IMG/VR virus record: IMGVR_UViG_3300034894_000019
Span: 1 to 36,958 of that record
Length of the DNA: 36,958 bases
Origin: a virus
Taxonomy: Duplodnaviria > Caudoviricetes
Reading direction: 5' to 3' (one strand)
Below the pieces are notes generated by a model. That model saw only the letters and a program-made list of their open reading frames with translations, did not search any database and had not been told where the DNA came from. Position numbers and translations under genes: made by a program. This document shows positions 16,065 to 23,322 of the stretch, in pieces. Position 1 is the stretch's first letter, and every line of letters starts with the position of its first letter.

Positions 16065-17408
16065 ATGGAAAAAATAGATAATCTTACTCTGGAACAGGAA
16101 GAGAATCTTATCATCTACAGAGATGAATGTCTAATGATCGGAAGATCATGCGAACCGGCGGATCGGATTACAGCAGAATATGCAATAGATAGAATGTATA
16201 ATTTGATAGGAGAATTTAGGCCGAAAATTATATGGTGTAATGGACCGGCAACAATGATTATAATTAAGTCGTTGAGGCAGTCGTTGAGGCAGTCGTTGAG
16301 GCAGTCGTTGGGGCAGTCGTTGGATCAGTCGTTGGGGCAGTCGTTGAGGCAGTCGTTGGGGCAGTCGTTGAGGCAGTCGTTGAGGCAGTCGTTGAGGCAG
16401 TCGTTGGATCAGTCGTTGGATCAGTCGTTGGGGCAGTCGTTGAGGCAGTCGTTGAGGCAGTCGTTGAGGCAGTCGTTGGATCAGTCGTTGAGGCAGTCGT
16501 TGGATCAGTCGTTGGATCAGTCGTTGAGGCAGTCGTTGGATCAGTCGTTGGATCAGTCGTTGGATCAGTCGTTGGGGCAGTCGTTGGGGCAGTCGTTGGA
16601 TCAGTCGTTGGATCAGTCGTTGAGGCAGTCGTTGAGGCAGTCGTTGAGGCAGTCGTTGGATCAGTCGTTGAGGCAGTCGTTGGATCAGTCGTTGGATCAG
16701 TCGTTGGGGCAGTCGTTGGGGCAGTCGTTGAGGCAGTCGTTGGGGCAGTCGTTGAGGCAGTCGTTGGTATATAATAATTACGGTCAACATGAATTATATT
16801 GGGTTGCTTTTTATAATTGGCCCGATAAAAATCTAAGAAAAATTTATTCAGATTTAGACAGAGAAAAACTGGACCTCTGGATGATGTTGAGCAAATCATG
16901 TGGTTGGTGGTATCCATATAAAAATATATGTTTGGTATGTGAAAGGCCAGTACGACAAGCTATAGATGATGATGGAAGATTGCATCATGAATCAGGTCCG
17001 GCGCTGCTTTGTCGTGACGGATGGCCAGTATATGCTTGGCATGGCGTAATGGTTCCAAAGAATATTATAGAAAATCCTGAAAATATTAATATTGATTCTA
17101 TCGTAACAGAAGAAAATCAGGAGATAAAAAGGATAATGTGTGAACGTTACGGCTGGGAGCGGTTTGTCAATGATATAGGAAGCGAAATTGTCAAAAAAGA
17201 CAGATTCGGCACACTCATAAAAACCAACGCATTGAAAAAGTATTTACAAGGAGAAGATAATGAGGCAAGATTCGTCAAGGTCAATGATGCATCGACGGAT
17301 CGGGTCTATTTATTACGGGTAGATCCGACATGCAAGACACCTCGAAGCGGTATTGCTTCAACCTTTGAAATGTCCGCACGGGAATACAAACCCTTACAGG
17401 AGGCATAG
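16065..17408 (+). CDS. DUF6745-like protein with internal tetrapeptide repeat
   Basis: N-terminal LTLEQE...EPADR...AE and C-terminal CGWWYPY...CERP...GRLHHESGPA...DGW.VYAWHGV motifs. Confidence 0.8.
   Translation: MEKIDNLTLEQEENLIIYRDECLMIGRSCEPADRITAEYAIDRMYNLIGEFRPKIIWCNGPATMIIIKSLRQSLRQSLRQSLGQSLDQSLGQSLRQSLGQSLRQSLRQSLRQSLDQSLDQSLGQSLRQSLRQSLRQSLDQSLRQSLDQSLDQSLRQSLDQSLDQSLDQSLGQSLGQSLDQSLDQSLRQSLRQSLRQSLDQSLRQSLDQSLDQSLGQSLGQSLRQSLGQSLRQSLVYNNYGQHELYWVAFYNWPDKNLRKIYSDLDREKLDLWMMLSKSCGWWYPYKNICLVCERPVRQAIDDDGRLHHESGPALLCRDGWPVYAWHGVMVPKNIIENPENINIDSIVTEENQEIKRIMCERYGWERFVNDIGSEIVKKDRFGTLIKTNALKKYLQGEDNEARFVKVNDASTDRVYLLRVDPTCKTPRSGIASTFEMSAREYKPLQEA
16266..16769 (+). repeat. Coding minisatellite: 42 x 12-bp units CAGTCGTTG-(AGG/GGG/GAT)
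   Basis: Counted directly: 18 Arg, 14 Asp, 9 Gly and 1 terminal Val unit. The first unit begins AAG. Confidence 0.98.
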
Positions 17409-17409
17409 A

Positions 17410-17706
17410 ATGAAAAGTTATCGACAGGGTGATATCCTTTTTGTTGAATGTGAAGAAATACCGGCCGCAGCTAGACAACGGAAGGACGGCATTGTTGCAC
17501 GCGGAGAGGTTACCGGCCACACGCATAGGCTGGCCGGCGGGACCGCTATGCTTATGATCTGCGCTGGCATAGCATATATCAACGCGCAGACAGAGGCCTA
17601 TGTGCGACATGATGAGCATAAGGAAATTATTTTGCCGCCGGGTAAATATCGAATCAAACGCCAGCGCGAATATACGCCGAATGGATGGCGCCAAGTAACG
17701 GACTAA
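17410..17706 (+). CDS. Small His-rich partner of DUF6745 (RQGD protein)
   Basis: Start at ATG 17410 (SD GGAGG); YRQGD...GEVTGHTH...HDEH...LPPGKY...QREY. Confidence 0.8.
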   Translation: MKSYRQGDILFVECEEIPAAARQRKDGIVARGEVTGHTHRLAGGTAMLMICAGIAYINAQTEAYVRHDEHKEIILPPGKYRIKRQREYTPNGWRQVTD

Positions 17707-17714
17707 AATAGTTC

Positions 17715-17743
17715 TTGACCTCTTCGATTGCCCTTGGTAGTCT
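17715..17743 (+). promoter_or_regulatory. Sigma70-type promoter of the replication operon
   Basis: TTGACC-17 nt-TAGTCT with extended -10 TGn. Confidence 0.65.
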
Positions 17744-17750
17744 AGCCTCC

Positions 17751-17836
17751 GGTTTACGCTCTCACAAAACTCTCTCTTGCTCCCCTGGTCGGCATCCTTG
17801 CGTAAACCAAGCTGGCTGGGGGAGCAGGGATTTTTT
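17751..17836 (+). promoter_or_regulatory. Attenuator-like leader/sRNA: terminator hairpin whose loop pairs with the leader 5' end
   Basis: 19-bp stem (17775-17793/17811-17829) followed by T6. GGTTTACGC (17751-59) is complementary to loop GCGTAAACC (17800-08). Confidence 0.65.
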
Positions 17837-17850
17837 GAAATGAGGTCTCC

Positions 17851-18045
17851 ATGAAGGTTAAGGAACTCATCGAACTGCTTAAAAAGACAAATCCCGACGA
17901 CAAAATAATTGTTGAATACACGTACTGCAATACCAATAAAAATAGTAAAATTATTGCGACGACCGACCATCTAGAGAAAATAGGCGTTTCCATTGAAGCG
18001 TCAGATATGCGAAGAGTTGTCATTATCCATGCTACCTATCAGTAG
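17851..18045 (+). CDS. Hypothetical protein
   Basis: SD GAGG; MKVKELIELLKK.NPD N-terminus common in small phage proteins. Confidence 0.7.
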   Translation: MKVKELIELLKKTNPDDKIIVEYTYCNTNKNSKIIATTDHLEKIGVSIEASDMRRVVIIHATYQ

Positions 18046-18065
18046 TTAATAAAAGGGGTTGGGGC

Positions 18066-19511
18066 ATGACCACGCCGGCGGATCACAATCCAGGAAGGCC
18101 GAAGCTCAAGGCAGTGGACTCAGAAGACTCGGCGAGGTTGCCACCCCAAAACCTTGACGCAGAACGATCGGTCTTGGGTTCCATCTTGATGGAAAACACC
18201 GCCTACAAGAAAATCGAGGGGAGACTTCAAGAGGCTGATTTCTACCGGGAGGCGCACCGTAAGATCTTCGGCGCCATGCGCACCATGTCCGTTCGCGGGA
18301 TTGCAATTGACGAACTCACCCTTTGTGAATGCCTTGAGAGCCTTGGGCAACTGGAAGAGGTAGGGGGCCGGGCGGCGATCACGGCCTTGACTGATGGAAT
18401 TCCAATGACCGCGCCCGGCGGATCGAATATCCAGCATTATGCACGAATCGTCAGCGACAAAGCCACAGAGCGACGGTTCATGCGGGCCATAAATGAAACA
18501 GCAGCAGTTGATTTTGGAGAAAAAGGAAAGCTTGGTGAATGTCTCAAACGGGCACAATTGCTTTATGAAGAAACTCTTCAAGAAGAAAAGCATCGAATAA
18601 CAGTTTATACCGGATATCAGCTCCGCACTCGCGATATTGAACCTCGAATAACATTTCTTAATCCAATTATAAAATCAAAAACTTTATCTATGTTGTATGG
18701 ATGGCGCGGAATAGGAAAAAGTAAAGTGGCGATAGGCATAGCTGTGGCGGTTTCCTGTGGAGGAAGTTTTTTGAAATGGAAAGCAGACAAGCCTCGAAAG
18801 GTTCTTTATATTGATGGCGAAATGGCTGATGATACCCTGAAATCTTGGTATATAGAAGCAATCAAGACGGGCAACAAAGACCCCATTGATAATATAATTT
18901 TCCTATCTCGTGATTTACTAAAGGATGACGAAAGAATGCCTGATCTGGCAACACTAGAGGGTCAACGCGTCGTTGAACAAATCGTATCGGAAGAAGATAT
19001 CAAGTTAGTGATTATAGATAATCTATCGACCCTTTTTCCAAATTTAGTGGAAAACGAACGGGAGTCATGGGTTCCCGTTGAAGATTGGTTGCTTGCTCTT
19101 AGAGGCAAGGGATTGGCCGTGCTGGTCGTCCACCATGCCAGCAAGACAGGCGATCAGCGCGGGTCGTCGGCGCATGAGGGTGCCCTTGATACCTCAATAA
19201 AACTGAAACAGCCACCCGATTATCGAATGGAGGATGGCTGTAGTTTCCAATTGGAATTTACAAAGGCCAGATGTTTTTGGGGTATGGACGCGAAGCCATT
19301 TGACGCGAGACTTGAGACCATAGATGAGATGCCGCAATGGACAATGAAAGCGTATGAACCGCCAAACCCGGACAAGCCTCTCAAGGAACAAATTTTAGAA
19401 TTATCCTCAGCTGGATTCACCGAAGTAGAAATAGTCAGACTCTTGGGTCTCAAGAGTAGAGATTGGGTTTACAAGGTCATCACTGGAGCCAAAAAAAGGA
19501 GCCAATTATGA
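18066..19511 (+). CDS. Replication protein: DnaB N-terminal domain + AAA_25/RepA-type SF4 helicase + C-terminal HTH
   Basis: LPPQNLDAERSVLGSIL...DFYREAHRKIF (DnaB-N); Walker A GWRGIGKS; VLYIDGEM; Walker B LVIIDNLS; VHHASK; QRGSS; terminal HTH GFTEVEIVRLLGLKSRDWVYK. Confidence 0.85.
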   Translation: MTTPADHNPGRPKLKAVDSEDSARLPPQNLDAERSVLGSILMENTAYKKIEGRLQEADFYREAHRKIFGAMRTMSVRGIAIDELTLCECLESLGQLEEVGGRAAITALTDGIPMTAPGGSNIQHYARIVSDKATERRFMRAINETAAVDFGEKGKLGECLKRAQLLYEETLQEEKHRITVYTGYQLRTRDIEPRITFLNPIIKSKTLSMLYGWRGIGKSKVAIGIAVAVSCGGSFLKWKADKPRKVLYIDGEMADDTLKSWYIEAIKTGNKDPIDNIIFLSRDLLKDDERMPDLATLEGQRVVEQIVSEEDIKLVIIDNLSTLFPNLVENERESWVPVEDWLLALRGKGLAVLVVHHASKTGDQRGSSAHEGALDTSIKLKQPPDYRMEDGCSFQLEFTKARCFWGMDAKPFDARLETIDEMPQWTMKAYEPPNPDKPLKEQILELSSAGFTEVEIVRLLGLKSRDWVYKVITGAKKRSQL

Positions 19512-19535
19512 CAAAAATTCGATTTATGTTCAGTC

Positions 19536-19854
19536 TTGTATACTATGTTGTATACTGTTGTATAGTGATTTTGATAGAACATTGAAATATTTACATATAT
19601 TTTGTATACTATTTTGTATACTCTTGTATACTACCATATTATGTCAAATAATTAAAAATGGCACTATCGAAAATGAAATTATTCAATAAAATCCGTGTAT
19701 ATTCATTTGTATACTGTTGTATACTAAAAGAGCTAATAGCCCGATTTATCTGCAATATTTTTGTATACTCTACCCACCTAGAATTTACCTTAGAGTATAC
19801 AAATAAACTCATTGTAATTCTTACAGTTTTTTATCAAAAAGTCGGAGTATACAA
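19536..19854. promoter_or_regulatory. Putative replication origin with TTGTATACT iterons
   Basis: AT-rich region with 8 perfect direct copies, 2 variants and 2 inverted copies, directly downstream of the helicase gene. Confidence 0.8.
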
Positions 19855-19894
19855 ATCCCTTAAGGAAAAAGAGAAAAAAAAGAAGCAAAAAAAA

Positions 19895-20009
19895 GAGGGC
19901 GGGAAGCTCGCTTCACTCGCAGCTTCCACGCCTCGCAGAATCGAAAGAAGCCCGCCCTGTTTTAAGCCGTCTTTCGCTACAGCCCCGGCTTAGGGCCGGA
20001 GCGCGAAAG
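19895..20009. other. GC-rich hairpin cluster beside the origin
   Basis: AGGGCGGG/CCCGCCCT with inner GGAAGCT/AGCTTCC; CTTTCGC/GCGAAAG with an inner CCGGCT/GGCCGG stem. Confidence 0.45.
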
Positions 20010-20014
20010 CCGTC

Positions 20015-20031
20015 TTGACAGGGCTTGTCAA
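20015..20031. promoter_or_regulatory. Inverted repeat TTGACA-N5-TGTCAA (operator or back-to-back -35 boxes)
   Basis: Perfect 6-bp inverted repeat upstream of the gene at 20056; no convincing -10 box seen. Confidence 0.4.
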
Positions 20032-20055
20032 CATTTTGGAGGAAAGGAAAACCCC

Positions 20056-20220
20056 ATGCACTTATCAGAACAAGCCTGGAACCTTCAACCAAAGTGGTTC
20101 AAGCGGCTGCGCTTATTCCTTGGTATTTTGTGGCGTATGTATGAGGGTAAGCGTATGTCACTGAGGCTATCCTGGGATGTTGCTCTGTGCCTGTATCCAT
20201 ATCGAAAGAAAACCCCATGA
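20056..20220 (+). CDS. 54-aa hypothetical protein
   Basis: SD AAGGA; manual translation MHLSEQAWNLQPKWFKRLRLFLGILWR...KKTP. Confidence 0.6.
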   Translation: MHLSEQAWNLQPKWFKRLRLFLGILWRMYEGKRMSLRLSWDVALCLYPYRKKTP

Positions 20221-20257
20221 CCTCGCCGCGTGCTGCCTCAAAAGAAAGGATGTAAAC

Positions 20258-20461
20258 ATGAGGCATGAATATTGTCCTCCCTTTATGGCTAGTGTTGATA
20301 GGGAAGGCAACTTTGAATTACTGTGCAAAAAAGATACTCCATTTCTTGAAATGCGAGACAGTGCTAAACGATTTGTCATCTATAGATTTCCAGACATAGA
20401 GGGATCATGGTGTGATGTATTCATCAGAAATACTCAGAAAGGAGCAAGCCATGACGACTAA
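20258..20461 (+). CDS. Hypothetical protein
   Basis: ATG 20258 has SD AAGGA and is in frame with the track ORF at 20177. Confidence 0.6.
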   Translation: MRHEYCPPFMASVDREGNFELLCKKDTPFLEMRDSAKRFVIYRFPDIEGSWCDVFIRNTQKGASHDD

Positions 20462-20651
20462 AAACCCAGTACCCAAATGGTGGCCGAAGAATCCGTACCC
20501 TATTCCCAAAGATTACCTATCTGCGATCCATGGTTACGAAACTCCCTATGCAGGTTGGCAACGCGCCTCCGATGAAATCTGGGACGCGGTACAATCAGAG
20601 CTCGGTATCGTAGGGAATGCCGAAAAACTCTATGGCAAAAAAGAAACTTGA
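20451..20651 (+). CDS. Hypothetical protein (WWPKNPYP motif)
   Basis: ATG 20451 with SD AAGGAG. Confidence 0.65.
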   Translation: MTTKNPVPKWWPKNPYPIPKDYLSAIHGYETPYAGWQRASDEIWDAVQSELGIVGNAEKLYGKKET

Positions 20652-20676
20652 CAATCTCTTGGTAATTGGTATACCA
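20648..20676 (+). promoter_or_regulatory. Candidate sigma70 promoter with palindrome over the -10 box
   Basis: TTGACA-16 nt-TATACC with TGn; palindrome TGGTATACCA (20667-76). Confidence 0.45.
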
Positions 20677-20761
20677 CCGTGAGGCAAGGGGGTACCCCTT
20701 GTCGGAAGACATAAGTCAGTCTTCGAGTCCAAGCATCCCGCACTATCCTGATACTCTCTAC

Positions 20762-21139
20762 ATGACGACAGAAGAAGCTTGTGGACGCTTCGATGTCTAC
20801 AGACTCGGTACCACCATCACGAACGACGACGACATCGTTTACACGAGGGAAGACCTCGCTCGAGACCGGCTCAATGAGGTCTACGAGGAACGAGACAAGC
20901 TCGCTGAAAAATACCGGCGCCTGTCGGACAGAATAATCAAGATCGAGAGCCAACAGGAAATCATCACCTCTGACCGCGTGAAGGAGCGGAGACAGATCTG
21001 CATGGATCTGGTGCTCCAGGTCAGGAGAACAAAATTTCTGGACAAGCAGGACGTCTTTCAGGCTTGTTGGTATATGGCGGTTGGAAGATGGGATGTTGAA
21101 ATAGCGGATGTGTTGTTCCCGGAAGTGAGGAAATCGTGA
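20762..21139 (+). CDS. Hypothetical protein, probable distant member of the paralog family
   Basis: Coiled coil and C-terminal IADVLFPE. Start uncertain because there is no clear SD. Confidence 0.6.
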   Translation: MTTEEACGRFDVYRLGTTITNDDDIVYTREDLARDRLNEVYEERDKLAEKYRRLSDRIIKIESQQEIITSDRVKERRQICMDLVLQVRRTKFLDKQDVFQACWYMAVGRWDVEIADVLFPEVRKS

Positions 21140-21360
21140 ATGAGGAAATGATAAACGAAGTGAGAAAGTATTTCGAGAATGATTTCAGGAAATCCATGGA
21201 GAGATTGATTGAAGAAGAGTTCGTCCCAAAGGCCCGTATCCTCATGAAAGAAAGGGCCGGTAAGCTGGCGGCACAATTACTGGGCAGCATGATGGAATTC
21301 GAGAGAGACAAATTGAATATGCGTATAGTCCTTGTCGATTATTTCAAAAAAGGAGAATAA
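21136..21360 (+). CDS. Hypothetical protein
   Basis: GTGA overlap and SD GAGG. Confidence 0.65.
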   Translation: MNEEMINEVRKYFENDFRKSMERLIEEEFVPKARILMKERAGKLAAQLLGSMMEFERDKLNMRIVLVDYFKKGE

Positions 21361-21365
21361 CCCCG

Positions 21366-21857
21366 ATGCTGAAAATCAAGGAAGTGACTTTCAATGCCAG
21401 CTTCTCTTATACCGCGGGTATCGGTGGTTTAGTGGCCCATACCCACGGAGAGCTCAAACTATCATCGGGGGAAATATGGGATCTTCAGATATCGGATAAT
21501 GAGAGAATTCTATTCATGTCACACAAGCCCACAGGTCGGTATGTCGGCATCCCGATTGATGGGCAGGTGAGATATTTTGAGTATGAAACTAATCCTGCTG
21601 ATCGACAAACTTTTGGAGTCTTCCCAGAAACCTTACCTATACCACCGAACGTAAAAGTAGAACCGATATCAACTAGCCATCCTGAGCCGGCACCTTGGTT
21701 TGAGAAAATGGAGATACCACAATACAAAGACTCCGATAGTTTACTTGATGTTAAAAAGAACAAGGTACCGGCGAAGGAAGCTGTCGTGAATACCTTCGCC
21801 CCGGCAGGACGTAGATCCGGCAAAGCTACCGAGATGAAGAAAGCGGTGAAGAAGTGA
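21366..21857 (+). CDS. Hypothetical protein
   Basis: SD AAGGAG. Confidence 0.7.
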   Translation: MLKIKEVTFNASFSYTAGIGGLVAHTHGELKLSSGEIWDLQISDNERILFMSHKPTGRYVGIPIDGQVRYFEYETNPADRQTFGVFPETLPIPPNVKVEPISTSHPEPAPWFEKMEIPQYKDSDSLLDVKKNKVPAKEAVVNTFAPAGRRSGKATEMKKAVKK

Positions 21858-22054
21858 CAGTAGATCCAAAACACGCTTGGAGGATGATTCGAGATGACGG
21901 TCTGGAATTTGGGGCGCATCTTAGTTGCGGTGGCGCATGCCGGCAAACACCAGAAATGCTGTTCATGAAAATAAGCCAGCAACTAAGGGAGGAGTTGAAG
22001 AGGAGAGAAGGGGTACGCATAGCGATGGAAGTATTCCAGGGAATGAGAAATTAG
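21854..22054 (+). CDS. Hypothetical protein
   Basis: GTGA overlap with the upstream gene. Confidence 0.55.
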   Translation: MTVDPKHAWRMIRDDGLEFGAHLSCGGACRQTPEMLFMKISQQLREELKRREGVRIAMEVFQGMRN

Positions 22055-22087
22055 TGTTCCGATAAAACGGAGATAAAACGGGTAATT

Positions 22088-22474
22088 ATGGGATTATTTC
22101 AAAAAGGCAATCCTGGAGGTGGAAGGAAAAAGTTACCTCCTGAGATAAACAAGGCACGCACAGAGTCTATGGTGAAGACCTTGAATGCCATAATCGAAAT
22201 ACGCGAGATGACGCCCAAGATGGTCGAGAAGATAGACCAGAAAGAACTGCCACTTTACAAAAGAATCATACTGCATTCGTACATCAAAAATGATGCCGAG
22301 TATTGGGAGAACAGATTACTTGGCAAGCCCCTTGAATCGATTGATATTGTAGCTCAAGTTGACGAAAATATCTCAACCAATCAGATACCCGAAGAGGAAC
22401 TCGATGAGATGTCCAGAATCAGGTTAGAGGCAAAGGGATACAAGATAGTACCGCCAGCCAGGGAGGAGAAATGA
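22088..22474 (+). CDS. terS: Terminase small subunit (putative)
   Basis: N-terminal FQKGNPGGGRKK (DUF5681-type) and WENRLLGKP; located upstream of TerL. Confidence 0.7.
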   Translation: MGLFQKGNPGGGRKKLPPEINKARTESMVKTLNAIIEIREMTPKMVEKIDQKELPLYKRIILHSYIKNDAEYWENRLLGKPLESIDIVAQVDENISTNQIPEEELDEMSRIRLEAKGYKIVPPAREEK

Positions 22475-22602
22475 CGGGACTGGGCGAGATGCTAAATGCC
22501 AATAACCACGCGGCGAATGAAGCCGCTTTTCATTGTTCTCAGGAGTACCTTCCTACTGTTTCCTCAGCGTCAAGTCCGGTTCCGTCGTTTTTGAAAGGTT
22601 GA
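22471..22602 (+). CDS. 43-aa hypothetical protein
   Basis: ATGA overlap with terS and SD GGAGGAG; fills the gap. Confidence 0.45.
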   Translation: MTGLGEMLNANNHAANEAAFHCSQEYLPTVSSASSPVPSFLKG

Positions 22603-22609
22603 TGAGGCA

Positions 22610-22969
22610 ATGCCTTTTTATGAACATATGAAATGCCTCGGATGCGGAAAGGAACATGCCCTGAAAGTTGATTGTTACCTGGCGGCCCGAACGTCTTACC
22701 GGGCAGGCGATACGATAAAGCTACAAGGGGTCTGTGACTGCGTAGCGTTCGACGTGTTGCAAGCATTTGAACGGGTGGCCCTAGATGACACTGCCTACCT
22801 TGGAGCGCGATGGGCGAGACAGTGTGGCACTAAGAGCTATCTTGATACTCCGCAGGCTAGGGCGGTTCTCCGGGGGGAGGGAATAGACGTCACCAGGAGA
22901 GAAAATTACCATCTCGATCCGGAAAAGCGCCGAGAGTGGACAAACAAGGAGAAGCGACCTGAATCATGA
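22610..22969 (+). CDS. Hypothetical Cys-containing protein
   Basis: SD GAGG; CLGC...CDC motifs. Confidence 0.6.
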   Translation: MPFYEHMKCLGCGKEHALKVDCYLAARTSYRAGDTIKLQGVCDCVAFDVLQAFERVALDDTAYLGARWARQCGTKSYLDTPQARAVLRGEGIDVTRRENYHLDPEKRREWTNKEKRPES

Positions 22970-23322
22970 ATGAGGATTGCTTTGTGGTTAGGAAAGCGAC
23001 CAATGATGACATACCATTCATTATCAGAAATGTCGAACGACTCTACACTGTACGATGGCCGTTTGTTTCGGCCAGGAGATCTAGACACGACATCGAAAAC
23101 TGGATCATTGACTTGGTGCGGTCTGTGCCTGGATTGGGATGCGTCTCTATCCTCATCCACAAAGACCACCCCAAGGCCATCATTGCTTGTGCGTGCCATA
23201 CGAAAGATACGATCATGGTTTTGTTCTCTCGCAAGGAGCTCGAGAATCTCGGTTACGAGGAAATACTCAGGAAGAAAATAGGAATCATGGACTTTGACGA
23301 ACGATTCAAGAGGTTGATTTGA
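22966..23322 (+). CDS. GNAT-fold-like protein
   Basis: VRKATNDDIPFI N-terminus typical of GNATs; SRKELENLGY is a degenerate motif A. Confidence 0.5.
   Translation: MNEDCFVVRKATNDDIPFIIRNVERLYTVRWPFVSARRSRHDIENWIIDLVRSVPGLGCVSILIHKDHPKAIIACACHTKDTIMVLFSRKELENLGYEEILRKKIGIMDFDERFKRLI

Noticed and set aside
16266-16769. CRISPR array or DGR-like repeat
   Set aside because: Units are contiguous 12-mers with no unique spacers and are in frame within a CDS. No cas or reverse transcriptase genes are present.
16146-16917. Minus-strand ORFs with QRLP/QRLI and TTAP/TTDP repeats
   Set aside because: These are shadows of the stop-free + strand repeat. The + frame carries the conserved flanking domains.
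19658-19993. 111-aa ORF downstream of the helicase
   Set aside because: It overlies the iterons and A-tract, has repeat-derived VY/YT residues and no SD. Better explained as origin DNA.
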